The position numbers and the translations under genes are program-made. Below, piece after piece: positions 49,800-63,080 of a stretch of DNA of 64,000 bases (positions are counted from its first letter, which is position 1; each line of letters starts with the position of its first letter). Origin of the DNA: Lama glama (lineage: Eukaryota); assembly GCA_028534125.1 (NCBI GenBank), contig CM052824.1:42656001-42720000 (forward strand). Reading direction: 5' to 3'. Under the pieces are notes generated by a model, which searched no databases, was not told the origin of the DNA, and worked only from the letters and a program-made list of their open reading frames with translations.

Positions 49800-50361
49800 A
49801 CCTGAAATGATGGTCATCACCCCATCTGGTGTGTTTTCTACATTATTAGTGAAATTCTTTCCTATGATTGGAGAATTACCCATGGAAACATGCCAGGCAT
49901 GTTTTTTCCCAGCGTCCTTTGCAGCTTGGGTCAGGTCATGTGATGAGGCTCCTCCAGTCAGATCCCCCCCCCTCACAGTCTTCACTTCGGGTGGAAGCCC
50001 AGTAGGAAGTGGTTCTCCTTGCTGAGTCTGTTCTGGTGATGGTAACAACGGAGATTAGAACACGCCCCCTATCGTCCATGGGAAGAGAGACAGCCGTGGT
50101 CCAGCCGCAGACTGAGGCGTCAGGTGGTGATGGTGAGGCCGTTACAAGCTGTGAGTTCAGGGCTCCGAGGAGGAGGCTGAGATGCTGTCACCAGGGGAAT
50201 GACTTGGGGCATTGCTCCCGGTGCCACAGCCCCCAAGCCTGACTCTCCATCTCTCTCAGTGATTCTACAAATATCCCTCCAACTAATTAATAAACTCCTT
50301 TTCTGCTTAAATCATTCAGAACCAGTTTCTGTTGCTTATAATAACCACCCTGATTGATATG
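49800..50361 (+). mobile_element. ERVL-class LTR (LTR33/LTR41-like 3' end)
   Basis: aataaactccttttctgcttaaa...tttctgttgct...accctgattgatatg terminus. The 5' boundary is uncertain. Confidence 0.6.
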
Positions 50362-50559
50362 TTACCACTCTGCTGTTCAAATACTCCCAACTCCTTAACA
50401 CCAAGTTAAAATGCCGCCTCCTCCCGGAAGCCTTCCCTGATCCCCAGAGCTAGAAGTGATTGCCCACTACCTGACTTGCTGGTAGTCCTATCTTATGTCA
50501 TGATAGCCCCTCCAAGGCAGTAGTCCAACATGGACATTACCTACCACCCACAGAAAATG

Positions 50560-50780
50560 ATGCTTAAGAGCACGGATTCAGGAACTGCCGTCTGGGTCTA
50601 AGTCCCTGCTTTGACACTAATTAGCTGTATGATCTTGGGCAAGTTACTAAATCTCTCTGGTCTCATCTGTAAAATGGAGCGATACCAGCACACCCCTCAA
50701 GGACTGAAGATGATCACACCTGCCCATGGAAAGCCCTGGGGACAATGCCTGGCCTGTCACAAACACCACACATTTGTGTC
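50560..50780 (+). mobile_element. MIR SINE
   Basis: agctgtatgatcttgggcaagttactaaatctctctggtctcatctgtaaaatgg. Confidence 0.85.
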
Positions 50781-50919
50781 TGTCCCCTCCATTCACCTCC
50801 TCACCACCATCACCTATGGTCCGCACGTGGGTAAAGTGCTCCTCACAGCGTGTAGCTCAGCCCTGGCAGAGTGGCCCTTCAGGGACCTGCCTGTCATCCC
50901 TGCTGGTGGCTCCCAGAGC

Positions 50920-52100
50920 ACTTGACCAGTGTTACCAGGTTTTCCACAGCTCCTGAGCCCTCTGCCCATCATCAATGCCATGCTCTTTATGTACCCCAAG
51001 TCCTCTTGGCTCCCCTGAGGTCAATCGTGTCCACCCACTTCCTACCATCTCCACCTCGGCTACCCTGCTCTCATCTGCACTGGAACCATCACAGAAACTG
51101 ATCTCTTTGCTGCCAGAGTCTCCCTCCCTCTTTCACCTGCACCAGGTACCCTCCCAAAATGCGGGGCCCTGAGCACATGCTCCTGATGAAATAAGACGCT
51201 GAGTCCCTGGGGCCCACAGGTTGAAATGCAAACTCTGCACTCAGCACCCCAGGCCCCTTCTGCTCTGACTCCTGTCCGCTACTGGCCTCCTGTGCTGCCA
51301 ACACCACGGCATCCTGAGTGCTCCCAGTTCCCTGACTGCATGGCGCTCTCTCCCCTGCACCTTGGCCTCTGCAGGCCAGCCCCTTGCTCTCAGCATCCTG
51401 CCCTTCTCTGTCGGTGAATCTAGCATCCTCCAGAACTCAGCCCAGAGGTGACCCCTGCAGAGCCAACTCCAACCTCCCCTCTGCAACCCCATCAAATGTG
51501 CCCCACAAAACCTCTGTCTGTGACAGTCCATGGACCCTCCAGTGTGAGCCCCTGAAGGCAGGGCCAGCCTTTGTCCTCTGGGTCCCTCAGGTCTTCTCAG
51601 CCTGGGGTCAGCAGAGCAAGACCTCTTAGGTCCCCAACCCTGCATCAGGTGAGAACCCTTGACGTCATCACAAACCCAACATGCCCAAGTCCAAGCGCAT
51701 GTGTTCCCTGCCCCTGAAACCTGGCTCCTCCCCACTTCCTTCTCCCCATGAATGACACCTCCCTCCACCCACAGTTACCCAGCCAGGAGCCCAGGCAGCA
51801 TCCTCAATACCCCCTCTCCTCCCACATCCCAATCGCATCCAGCCCTGTCGTTTAGTCCAATGACTCTGCATCCATCCACCCGTCCCTATCTTCCCAGCAG
51901 GACCCTCCTTACAGGCTCCCTGGGACCCCACTCTCCCCTTCAGGGCTGATCTGCTTATGATTCACACTCAGCCCTCTGACTAAGACTCTAAGATCCCTGA
52001 GGACAAGAATGGCATCTGACTTTTGCCACTGAATTCTCAGTTCCCTGAGCAGGGCCTGGCACATAGCAAGAGCTCACTGAACACCTGCTTCCTGGATACA
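50920..52100 (+). mobile_element. Cluster of L2 fragments
   Basis: ccacccacttcctaccatctccac; aaacctggctcctc; gggcctggcacatag. Confidence 0.65.
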
Positions 52101-52119
52101 TAAATAAGAGCGAGTGTTG

Positions 52120-52320
52120 AATAAGCACCTACTGTGTGCCAGGCATTGCACCAAGCACTTAATTCAGTCCTCCTGATGTCCCAACATGATCCCTGTTGTA
52201 GAGATGACAAAACCGAGGCTCAGGGAAGTAAGAAACTGGCCCAGAGTCCCACAGCTGGTCAGTGACAGAGCCAGGACCCAAGCACAGGTACCTCTGACCC
52301 AGCTTGAGTGCTTCTAAAGC
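52120..52320 (-). mobile_element. MIR SINE
   Basis: agcacctactgtgtgccaggcattg...agagatgacaaaaccgaggctcaggga. Confidence 0.75.
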
Positions 52321-53994
52321 ACAGACCCCCCACTCACCCCTGTCACGACACCAACCAGTCTGTGTTGTGCTTGTTTCTTAGGTACCTGCCTTCCCCATTA
52401 AACTGTGAGCCCCTGACGGTGGACACCCTGTTTATATTCCTGTGTGCCCCCAGCTCAGGGCCTGACAGCCTAACAACTGAATAAAGGAGGTAAGACAAGA
52501 GACACAGTCCAGAGTTCCGGCTCATTGATACTTATCAGCTCAGGATCCCGACAGCACCAGAGATGCTGCTGCATGCTGGGCTGAAGGAGAAATCAGGGAA
52601 GGCAGGGAGCCCCTATGTGCCCAAGGCCCCTTCGATCAACCCAGGCCACTACTGGTGAGTCACTACTGGTGTTACCAGCACAGCCGCCCAGCCATCGGTC
52701 CTCAGATGCTGGTGTTCAGTGGCACCTGTGTCAGTTGAGGTAGAGGAGAAGTCACAAAGGGCTTTCCTGAGGATGAGAGGAAGAGGAGAAGACACATAGG
52801 ATGAGTAGGCACCAGCTGGGTAAGCAGAGCATTTCAGGCAGAGAGGGAGCATGTGCAAAGGTCCTGGGGAAGCAGAAGCAGGACAAGGACAGAGAGCTGG
52901 AAAACAGCCAGGGGACTAGAGCTCAGAGTGTGAGGGGAAGAGGGAGGCAGAAGGCTTACAAGCCACAGCCAGGCTGGTTGCATTTACCCAAGAGGAGTCA
53001 GGAGCCATGGGAGGGCTTCAAGCAGGGCATGTGTGGTCAGATCTGCCCTTCAAATTGATCCTGTGTGAAATGGATCTCCCCAAATCTTCTGCTTCCAGGC
53101 TGAGTCTCCTCCACATACCTGGGAACACAGCAAGGCACGAGGCTGCTGGGGGCTGCCAGGGTATGGGCATTCTGGGGTGTGCATGGGGGTGACAATATGC
53201 AAATAAACAGAGATGAGCTACATCAAGGGTGAGAGGGATGGAGAGGGGCTGCCATGCTAGACGCGGGGGTCAGGAAGGGCAGGCGGACTGAGCAGAAATT
53301 TGGATGAAGCTTGGAGCGAGCCTGGTCACCTAGGATGAATGGACTCAGAGGTGTTGAGTCAGAGAAGTGAAGACTCAATATGAGGGCAGGAGCCAAGAAG
53401 GTACTTCAAGGGGCTGCCACCTGCAGGCCCAGGGGCAGGGCCAGAACCACAAAGAGGACTCTGATTGGAGACCTGTGATTTTTCAGGGTTTCCAACTCAG
53501 CCAGACACCATCCGCAGGCAGCCCTGCTGGGTTCACAGCATCCAGGTTTTATAAGAGATTTGAAGAAGGTGCCTCGTCATCCCCACATTCTGCTCAGTGA
53601 CACCGGAGTCCCTCATCAGGGGCAGGTCCTCTGCCCTGTCCCCAAGAATGCCCAGTTATCACATGAGCCCCCTCCCCAGGGTCTCAAGAAGGTGCCTCAT
53701 GTCACAGCCCCGCCCCCATCTCACACTCTGCCCCTCACCCCAGCCCTCCACCGCCTCCACCTCCCCGCTTCCCTCCTTCCCTTCTGCGCCAGGAGTTTAT
53801 TTTCAGAAACTCAGAATCCTTCCCAAGCCTCTGACATTTACTCTTTGGAATTCGAATATTTTCTAGTTCTCTTTCTCAGAGCAAGCGCTGGCTGAGATTC
53901 CCCAGGGATCTTGCCTGCCCTTCTGGATGGAGGTGATGTGTCAGAGCAGAACCAGCTTATGTCAGCCCAGCACGGACCATGTCAACCAGCAATG

Positions 53995-54190
53995 GTTAGG
54001 CACCCACTGCGCACCAAGCCCTTCTCGTGAACTATCACGTTCAATGCTCTGAAGAAGCCTGTTGGGGTGGGGTTACCGTCCGCACACGCAGCATGAAGGA
54101 ACTGAGGCTTGAAGCAGTGAAATAACAAGTCTAAGGTCACATGGCAAGTGAGAGGTGGCGCGGGATAAAACCACATCTCTGGCTCCATTC
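53995..54190 (-). mobile_element. MIR SINE
   Basis: ggaactgaggctt...aaggtcacatggcaagtgag. Confidence 0.7.
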
Positions 54191-55734
54191 CCTTCCTCTG
54201 TGCTTTGCCTCCAATGCCCACAGGTGCTGGTGCGTCGAGGGACGTGCAGCATCTGGAGTGGGCCAAGAGTTTAGGGACACAGCATCCAGGCAGAGGGGAC
54301 AGCAAGAATGAAGGCACAGAAGCAGAAACATGCCAGGCATGTTAGAGGGGCTGGTCGGTGAGGCTGGGGAAGGGAGTTTAGGTCCAGGAGTCGGGGAGGA
54401 TGAGGACCGTTGCAGAGGCAGACTAGGCCTGTGTGGTTGCAAGTGACAGAAAGTCCAGCTCTTGCTGGCTGAGCTTAAAAGGAAATGCATTGGCTCATCT
54501 GAGGGGTCAGCCAAGCGAGAGGTGAGCAAGAGAGAGAGGATGGCCTGATTTCAAAGGAAAAGTGCTGATCAGACTAAAAGAAAAAAAAAAAAANNNNNNN
54601 NNNNNNNNNNNNNNNNNNNNNNNNNNNNNNNNNNNNNNNNNNNNNNNNNNNNNNNNNNNNNNNNNNNNNNNNNNNNNNNNNNNNNNNNNNNNNNNNNNNN
54701 NNNNNNNNNNNNNNNNNNNNNNNNNNNNNNNNNNNNNNNNNNNNNNNNNNNNNNNNNNNNNNNNNNNNNNNNNNNNNNNNNNNNNNNNNNNNNNNNNNNN
54801 NNNNNNNNNNNNNNNNNNNNNNNNNNNNNNNNNNNNNNNNNNNNNNNNNNNNNNNNNNNNNNNNNNNNNNNNNNNNNNNNNNNNNNNNNNNNNNNNNNNN
54901 NNNNNNNNNNNNNNNNNNNNNNNNNNNNNNNNNNNNNNNNNNNNNNNNNNNNNNNNNNNNNNNNNNNNNNNNNNNNNNNNNNNNNNNNNNNNNNNNNNNN
55001 NNNNNNNNNNNNNNNNNNNNNNNNNNNNNNNNNNNNNNNNNNNNNNNNNNNNNNNNNNNNNNNNNNNNNNNNNNNNNNNNNNNNNNNNNNNNNGGGTCTC
55101 TTGTCTGCACAGTGCGGGCAGTCACAGTATTTACTGACCTGTCACCCATGCTGGAAATGTGCTGACAGTTCACGGGCTTTGTCTCCATCCAGCCTCATAA
55201 ACTCCCTGCACACTCGCAATGCACAGACTAGGAAACTGACGCCCAGGGAGGTGACGTCAGTGGCATAGTCTCAGAGTCAGTAAGTGGCTTCGGTCAGAGG
55301 ACCGCGTGTGTGTCCAGGCTCAGTTCCCCAGCTGCGGGGCCTCAGCAAGCCTCTCGCCGCTGGGCCTGCTCCCTCATCAGAGGGGGATGGTGGTGGTGCC
55401 TGCCTGCGGGGCTGCTGCAAGGGGACGTGAGGTGGCGCTGGGGACACAGGGGAAGCGCCTGGCACAGAGGGACTGTGATGCCGGTGACAGCAGCTCTGTC
55501 TCCTAGGAGGCACCCTGCATGAATTCCCCTGGCAGCGCTTGGATGATCTTGCTGTTACAATCGGTAACAAACGTGCTATGGTCTCCGGTTTGCAGATGAG
55601 GAAACTGAGACTCAGCAGAGTGACGTCATTAGCTAAAGTCACAAGATGATGACTAGGCAGGGTCAGATCCCTTCATCTTTCCAGATTCCTTCATCCACCT
55701 TGGTTTCTCCTTTGCTTCTTTCTTTGTTTCATTT

Positions 55735-55752
55735 GTGTGTGTGTGTGTGTGT
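55735..55752. repeat. (TG)n microsatellite
   Basis: Directly visible. Confidence 0.9.
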
Positions 55753-55779
55753 GACTCATTTTCTTCTGTCCATAATATC

Positions 55780-58270
55780 AATCAAATATTCTTCACTACC
55801 ATTCTGCTTCTATTGTCTTTGAAAGCCTGCACCCTGTTCCTGTCCCTTTATTAATTAACTTAAAATGAACTGTGTACTTTTGTAGACTTAACACAGTTCA
55901 AAGCTAATCAGCATCTCGCTCCTCCCCCTGAACAACCCCAAGGTCATCAGCCTAATTGCCTTCACCCTCATCTTCCATCTTAATGTTGGTTTCATCTAAT
56001 GCTATTTTCCATCTTCTTTCTCCACTTTTCCCAACTTAGTTCTATTATGCCTGCTGGGTTTCCCCTTCTTTCATGCAGGCAATGAATGATCACACTTATC
56101 CCAAGGACCCAAATGTTTCCACATGCTCTTCCTGCGTTCATCCAATTTCATCCTTCCTTCTAGGTTCAATGTCCTTCTTTCTGAAGTGACCTTTTATCCA
56201 TTCTTTTAGCAAGACCTCATAAACTCAGTTTTTCATCTGAAAATATCTTTTTTTCCCCTCCCTCAATTTTGAGTGATGGTTTAGCTAGAACTAGAATTCA
56301 CTGCGGGTGGTTAGTTATTCTTCTTGGCACAGAGCAGAGATTTCCAGTGTTTTCTGGTCTCTATTGCTGCTGTGGAGTAGTCGGCTGCCTTTCTCAAATG
56401 ATTTGTTCTTTCTCTGGTTGCATTTTTTTTTAAATATAAACTTGTTTTTAATGTATACTCAGGGGTCCCTCATGCTCCCTTCCATTCATTCCCACTCCAG
56501 ACACTCTAACCACTGCTAACGTTATAGATCAGTTGTGCCTGTTTTAGAACTTCTTAATAAATGGAATTATACCATATGTTCTCATTTGAGTCTGTTTTTT
56601 TTCTTCTCAATATTATGTTTGTAGTTGTAGTTTATCAGTTCCCATTGATATAATACAGATATAGGTGTAGGAAGGTCAATAAGTAGATCTAGGTCTACAT
56701 AGAAATACAAATGCTTTCAAGGCCTTCTTAGGACCCATGGGGCTTCTTGAATCTGAACATCAGCCTTCCATAAATTCTAGAAAATTCTGAGTTCTTATTG
56801 ATTTGATTATTTCTTCTTTCATTCCTTCTTTCCCTATATTCTAGAACCCCTGTTTCATAGATAATGGATCGTCTAATCCTAATCAAGTGTCTCTTAATCT
56901 CATTTTCATGCTTTCCACCTATTTACTTTTCTGATCTATATTCTGGAGAGTTGCCTTTGTCTACACTCCTGTTTATTTATTCTCTTCCCAGCTTTGCCTA
57001 ATGCGCTATTCTAGTCATTCACTGAGGTTTTATTTCAAAGGTGTGTATGTTTCATTTTTAGGGAAATGGTTTATTTTCCAATATGTTTGTTTCTTTTTTT
57101 TTTTCATAATATCTGGTTCCATTTTTATAGTTTCTTAAAGATTTAAGTTTTTAAGAGTGGTTTTAGGTTCACAGCAAAATTGTGAAGAAGGAACAGATAT
57201 TTCCCACATCCCCTCTGCCCACTCCCTGACGTACGTAGCCTCCTTTGTTAGCAGTGCCCTCCCTGCCCCGAGTGGTACATTTGTTAGAGTTGGTGAATGT
57301 ACATTGACAAGTNNNNNNNNNNNNNNNNNNNNNNNNNNNNNNNNNNNNNNNNNNNNNNNNNNNNNNNNNNNNNNNNNNNNNNNNNNNNNNNNNNNNNNNN
57401 NNNNNNNNNNNNNNNNNNNNNNNNNNNNNNNNNNNNNNNNNNNNNNNNNNNNNNNNNNNNNNNNNNACTCCCTCAGAATGATTTTAGTTCTTTCTTTTAT
57501 TTTATACACATTTACCTTCAGAGCTTCCCTTGGACTCGTTTTATCATCTGAGGTTCTTCAGAGTCTCTTTCTGTGCTTGTTTGTCTGCCTCTCAGGCATG
57601 ATCTCCGTTCTTCATTTGCTTTGGAATTTTGGTTTTTGAGCTCCTCTTCACTGGGGTCATGTCTGTGGGAATCCTGTGTCGCCTGAGCAGAGGGTGTGGC
57701 CCTCTGAACTATTCTGGATTGGCTTCCCCAGTTGCTGCAGAGGTATCACCAGCCTGGGACCCGTTACGGATCAGTGCCTTGGCTTCTCTGCTCAGAAATC
57801 AAACTTATGAGGTAAATAAAAACTATCAGCCCAAGGGAGGTGCAGGTTTGTTTACAAATTCCCAGGAGAACTCTTTGTTGTTAATGCTCTACCCAGAGAC
57901 AAACAGGCTTCCCTGTGATCTCCTAGTTCCTCCAAACAGAATTTTTTTTTCTAATACACTCTTTCACTGAGGATACAGCTCTTTAAGTCTCAGCTCTACA
58001 TGGGGACCGTATATCCAAATCCTGGGCTCCCATGGGCCCCATTTGTCCTGTGAGAATGTGAAGTCCAAGCCCTCAAGCTACCAAGATGCCCAGTCTCACT
58101 TCCACCCCCAGCAGGAGAGCTGCAGTCCCACTCAGCACCCTGGCTGTCATCTCCTCTCCACTCCCTGGGGATGTCCTTGTCTTTCTTGTTATACTTGGTC
58201 AAATGTTTCTAGGGTTTGGAGGGAAGTTTTTCAAGAGCAGGAGTCAGAAGCCAGTCTCTGAGATGGGTCT
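55780..58270 (-). mobile_element. Old L1/HAL1-like block (5'/ORF1 region) with nested L1 3' ends near 56420-56650 and 57137-57312
   Basis: T-rich plus strand; tctgaaaatatcttt; aattctagaaaattct; ttttaggttcacagcaaaattg...agtggtacatttgtta. Confidence 0.7.
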
Positions 58271-59339
58271 GTTCCCTGCCCCACGCACCACGGGCCTGTC
58301 TGGCCTCAGTGAGTCTGAGGGTCCCCCGGGCATCAGGGGCAGGGGTCCAGGAGGCAGGTGGATTGTGAATCAGGGCTCAGCATATGGGCTGAGTGTGGAC
58401 ACAGCTTTGGAGGATGGCAGATGTGCTTGGTAACATCTTTGGGACCATGCCAATGTCCATAAGGCTGTGTTTATGTGTTTGTTCCTTTGCCCGCGTGCCC
58501 GAGCTTGCATGGGCAGCCCTTAGGGGAGGAATAATCTGGATCTTATGAGCCCAAAGTGGGAAGGAGATAGCCTGGGGCTATATCAACATCCAGGTCTCCA
58601 TCTGAGCTCAGGTGCCTTCTCAATGTGTGACTTTAGGTAAGCCAGTTCTTTTCCCTGAGCCTCAACTGGAGAAATAGAGATATTACAGCCCACTTAGCAG
58701 GGTGCCTTGATGACGGTGATAACATGGGCCAGTGCGCCGGGCTCAGTACACAGTGATGCCTTAGGAGATGGATCAGGAGCCTCTGTGCTGTGCTCAGTCA
58801 GGGCTGACAGACCTGAGCTCAAGATGTCATCAGGAAGGAGGTGAGCTGGGACTCAGAACATTCATTTCCCCAGGTGAGAAGTGATGGAAGTCTTTCTAGA
58901 CAGAGGAACCAGTTTGTGCAAAGGCCGGTGATGGTACAGGACGTGGAATGTTCTAGGCTGGTGAGTGGTTCTGTGTAGTTGGTGGTAGGGGGAGAATGGA
59001 AGGGACTGTAAGTTCTAGGGACATCTAAGAAGACCTAGGGGATGGAAATGGGGACCAAAATGTTCCAACGGGTCATGGTTGGCCAGAGCTGAGCATGGGT
59101 CAGAGAAGTGGGGCTTTGTGACAGCCATCAGCAGACAATGGACATGCCCATCCTCAGAGAACTTGGACCTCTGAAACCCAGGAAGCAACTTCTGACCTTA
59201 CACTCGGCATCATGGGTTCCTTTCAGTGGACTTTATAGATGGATGCTGGAGGTCCAGACAGAGTCCCCAGAGGGATGCAGCTCTGGTTAAAGGGGCAGAG
59301 CCAACCGGCCCATGGGCTGAAGGAAAGAAATTTGCCTAG

Positions 59340-59540
59340 TATATCAGCATGCTGTTGGTATTATCATATTGTTTATATATAATTAATTGATAATAAGATA
59401 ATAACATAAATTATATAATTTATATATAATTACATACATTATAAAATTATAAAATTATATAAATAATTTATTTAATTTGTTGATAATCATATCAGTATTT
59501 TGTTGATTAGCAATATTATTAATAATAATTAATAAATATT
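59340..59540. repeat. AT-rich low-complexity tract (expanded MIR tail)
   Basis: About 200 bp dominated by A/T, adjoining a MIR 3' end. Confidence 0.85.
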
Positions 59541-59544
59541 ACAG

Positions 59545-59920
59545 CTATGTTGAGGGCTTACTATGTGCCAGGCACTATTCTAAGTGCTGTGTGTATGTGT
59601 ACGTGTACGTGTACGTGTATGTGCATGTGTGTGCATATGTGCGAGTGTGTGTGTATATATCAGGTTATTTCATCCTCAGAAGACCTCCTAAGGAGAGCAC
59701 TACTATTCTCCCCATTTTACAGATGAGGAAACTGAAGCACAGAGCAGTTGAGTTCACTAGTGAGGTGGAGTTTGGTGTCGGGTGCTGGTAGCACAGACTT
59801 AGTGGTCAGGGAGGTTAGAGTTCACATCCCCATCTGGCCCCTGACCAAGCTGTGTGGCCTTGAGCAAGTGACTCCAGCTATCTGAGCCTCAGTTTCCTTC
59901 TCTGTCAGATGTAGGATGGG
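59545..59920. mobile_element. MIR (-) containing a purine-pyrimidine microsatellite (59588-59660), followed by MIR (+)
   Basis: gcttactatgtgccaggcact; ccccattttacagatgaggaaactgaagcacaga; gctgtgtggccttgagcaagtgact...gcctcagtttcc. Confidence 0.85.
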
Positions 59921-60943
59921 CAGGACCCCTGGGGGACCCCAGGTCTGGCAGGGGCTGCAGAGATGAGAGTGCCCCCTCCCTCCCTGAAGGTATCTCTGGT
60001 TCCAGGCACCTTTGGGGTTGGGGACACTCAGAGGAGAGGACGGTTCCCTTAGTGAGAGATGCGCTGGCTGAGCCACCTTCTGAGAATTGCCCTGGAGTCC
60101 ATGCGGCCCAGAAATCCCAGGGATGTGAAATACCAATGTCACCTCTGGGGTCCAAATCCCCCCTGGCAGGGAGCAGTGGACCCTCCACACCAGCTCTGCA
60201 GCCATCGGCAGAGGGGCTGAGCTGCACAGATGAGACCGGACTCCCCAGTGCAAGGATCTCTGTGATTACTTCTTATTATATTGTCAGCAGTTAATTATCA
60301 CTTGTTAAACAAGCATGTGCCCAGATTACTGGCTTAATTTCCACAAAGGTTTGCAAAAACTTCCTTTCTGTTATTTACGAGGGCTCTCCAAGAGAGAGAC
60401 ACTCACTGTTAGAGATGGAGCTTTTTTAAATGCAGATTTAAAAAAATTAACAGGTTTCCTTGGCTTTGAGTCAGGACTCCTTGTACGAGGAACTGAGACA
60501 CTCTGTCTAGTTTAAGCAGAGGAAAAAGAGGGAGGAGGAGGGAACTGGCTCCTCGGGGTCCTGCAGAGCTTAATGAACCTGGATCTGACTCAGACCAGGA
60601 ACAAGGACCCCGGCAAGACCTATCCACCCCCTTCTCTTCTGGGTTGCATCTTGGCTTCTCTGCTTGTCTATCTTGCTTCCTTCTGGAGCCAGGTTTTCTC
60701 AGCCTCTCACTAACCTGCAGACACGGCCCTCCTGCCTCTCTTGCACAACACATACCCTTGCATATGAGCTCAGCAAAGGTGATGGCCAGAGCTGGCTTCC
60801 AGGGGCCCTGGACAAATCCTTAACCTCGCGGGTCCATGTCTGTCTCCCGGGCAAGCCCTACCTTGCAGTTGCTCTGTGTCAAAGGTACACAAGGAAGTGT
60901 AGCTGCGGCTGCTGTTGCTGGGGTGTGGTTATTATGAGAATCA

Positions 60944-60967
60944 CAGCAGCAGCAGCAGCAGCAGCAG
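60944..60967. repeat. (CAG)8 trinucleotide repeat
   Basis: Directly visible. Confidence 0.95.
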
Positions 60968-62449
60968 CAACGACAATAAAAATACTGTCCTCTGAGCAGA
61001 GCGGGAGCCCCGGGAACTAGAGAGACAGGGATGGATGACCGGTGTCACTGGTCAGACCCTCGCTGGGCAGCCGAGGGACCCAGAGCAGGTGCTGTGGGAC
61101 CTCAGCCCTGAGCCACAAGCCCCGACTTCCTGAACTGTAAGAAGGGGTTATTGAAGGGATTAACTAAGATAACAGTGACCAGCACACAATAGTTGCTCAA
61201 TAAATGCTGGTTCGCTTTCCAACACAGCATCTGGACCATGGCAGGGTTTGATAAATGTCCAAAAATTGGAGGGAAGGTGGAGAACACACAAATAATATTT
61301 GGAGTGACCAAATCAGGCGCTTAGTTTAAAGGATTCAGCTTAGCATCTAGAACACACTACATCCACAATAAACACGACACATTCTGATTGTTAACCTCAA
61401 GTTTCAGTGTGAAGCATTGGGTTGAGGAGGGCAGAGACTGGGGGACATGAGGCAGGAGAGAAGGAGCTGGTCCCCTAGGAGAGGCGGGGTGGCCCCATAC
61501 TTGAGCCCCTCCCCACCAGGCCACCTCTCCCTCCATCTCCAGCTGTAACTGGAGCTCAAGTCTCTCATTGTGCTTTGCAAGGTGAAAAGTGGTTTCTTTG
61601 GTTCCAGTGAACAGAGCTGCGCTGTCAGCTTTGCTGGCTTTCTCTCCTATCTTTCCCTGGAAGAGCTTCATGAAAATGATTTTGGAAAAAAAAAATGATG
61701 TCTGTAGTTAAACGAAAAGAAGAACAAGAGAAAAAAGCATCAGGAGGAGGAGGGGGAAACAAGAGAAGAAAGGAGGAGGAAGTGCCTGAGGGTGATTACA
61801 GGAAGGTGCTGGGAGCCATCCTTTAGCCAAATTACTTTTTAGCAAACAATCAGCTCCCTTCACTTCATAATGAGCCATCTTCATTGTCTTCTATGATATG
61901 AGAGGTTTTTTTTTTTTCTTATTATTCTTTTCCTACCCAGCCCTGGGCCCCAGGTGCCCTAGACTCCTGCCCTGGAAAATGGGACTGATTCCAGCAAAAA
62001 CTCCAAGACCATTCAGTGTAAAACCAGAGGCACTCAGAGGAACCTTCCAGCTGGGCTGTGAGCAGAGAGGCAACTTAGCCATGCAGGGAGTGGGGCCAGA
62101 TTTGCCCTAAATGTAGTGGGGAGGAGGGGGAGGGGACATCGAGGTCAGAATGACTCTCCCTCAGCCAGGAGAGTGTCTGTGAGGGATGTTCCTGGTGGCT
62201 CCCGTGGCCTGGACAGGTTAGGAAGGTGCACGGCCACTTCACCAGCGCAGGCAGGGCCTTGTGTGTGGAGGGCTGTGGCATCTGGTTCCATCCTGGTGGT
62301 TCTGGCAGACAGGAGCAAGCAGCTCCTGTCCACATCCTTCAGCACCTGCGGGGTTTGTCCCACACTGGCCCATGTCCCCTGTCTCATAATTCCCTCCCTC
62401 CACCCAAGGGGCCTCCTGCTTCCCAGTGCCCAGAAGAGGCCAGGTCCCT

Positions 62450-63080
62450 GATATGTTTAAGCACCTGCTCTGTACCAAGTATAGATGGGGTGCTGGGGTG
62501 TAGGGTGACTAAGGCAGACACAGTCTGTGACCCCTGGAGTTTCCAATCAAGTAAGATTCATGGACATCAAAGCAATAACTACGTAAAGAATCAGGCATCA
62601 CAGGACAAGGGCCGCAGGGGACCTGCCCTGTCAGGAGAGGTCAGGTGGGCTTCCTGGAGGAAGCAGTACTCCAATGCTGAGACCTGATGGACTCATAGGT
62701 AAGATCTCTGGAGGATGCTCCAGGCAGAGGGAACAATATGTGCAGAGGCTCAGAGGTTCAAGTGGCAGAAGAAAGGCCTGTGTGATGGGACCATCATGAA
62801 TGGGGGGAATGTGGCAGGTGCTGAGGCTGCAGAGATGGGCAGAGCCAGACTGCCGGGGCTTCAAGGCCAGGGGGGACTCTGGGACAAGTGCCCCAGGAAG
62901 CCAGTGCAGAGTATTGAATCATGCTTTTAATGCTCCCTCTAGCGGCCGTGGGGAGAATGGATGGTTGAAGGGGAGAGACCAGAAGCAGCAGGACAAGGAC
63001 GGAGGCTACTGCAGGGGGCAGGTGAGCAGTGACGGGGCCTGGCCTGCGTGCGGCAGAGAAGCAGTGGGTAGGGCAGGAAT
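62450..63080 (-). mobile_element. L2 3' region
   Basis: gggcttcctggaggaag; ccaggcagagggaacaatatgtgcagagg; gggagaatggat. Confidence 0.8.

Noticed and set aside
54562-55188. Long ORFs spanning N runs (also at 20317, 29828, 57135, 62794)
   Set aside because: Artefacts of translating gaps as X.
60664-61020. Poly-alanine or poly-glutamine coding exon at the (CAG)8 repeat
   Set aside because: No convincing splice sites or recognisable flanking peptide; treated as a simple repeat.
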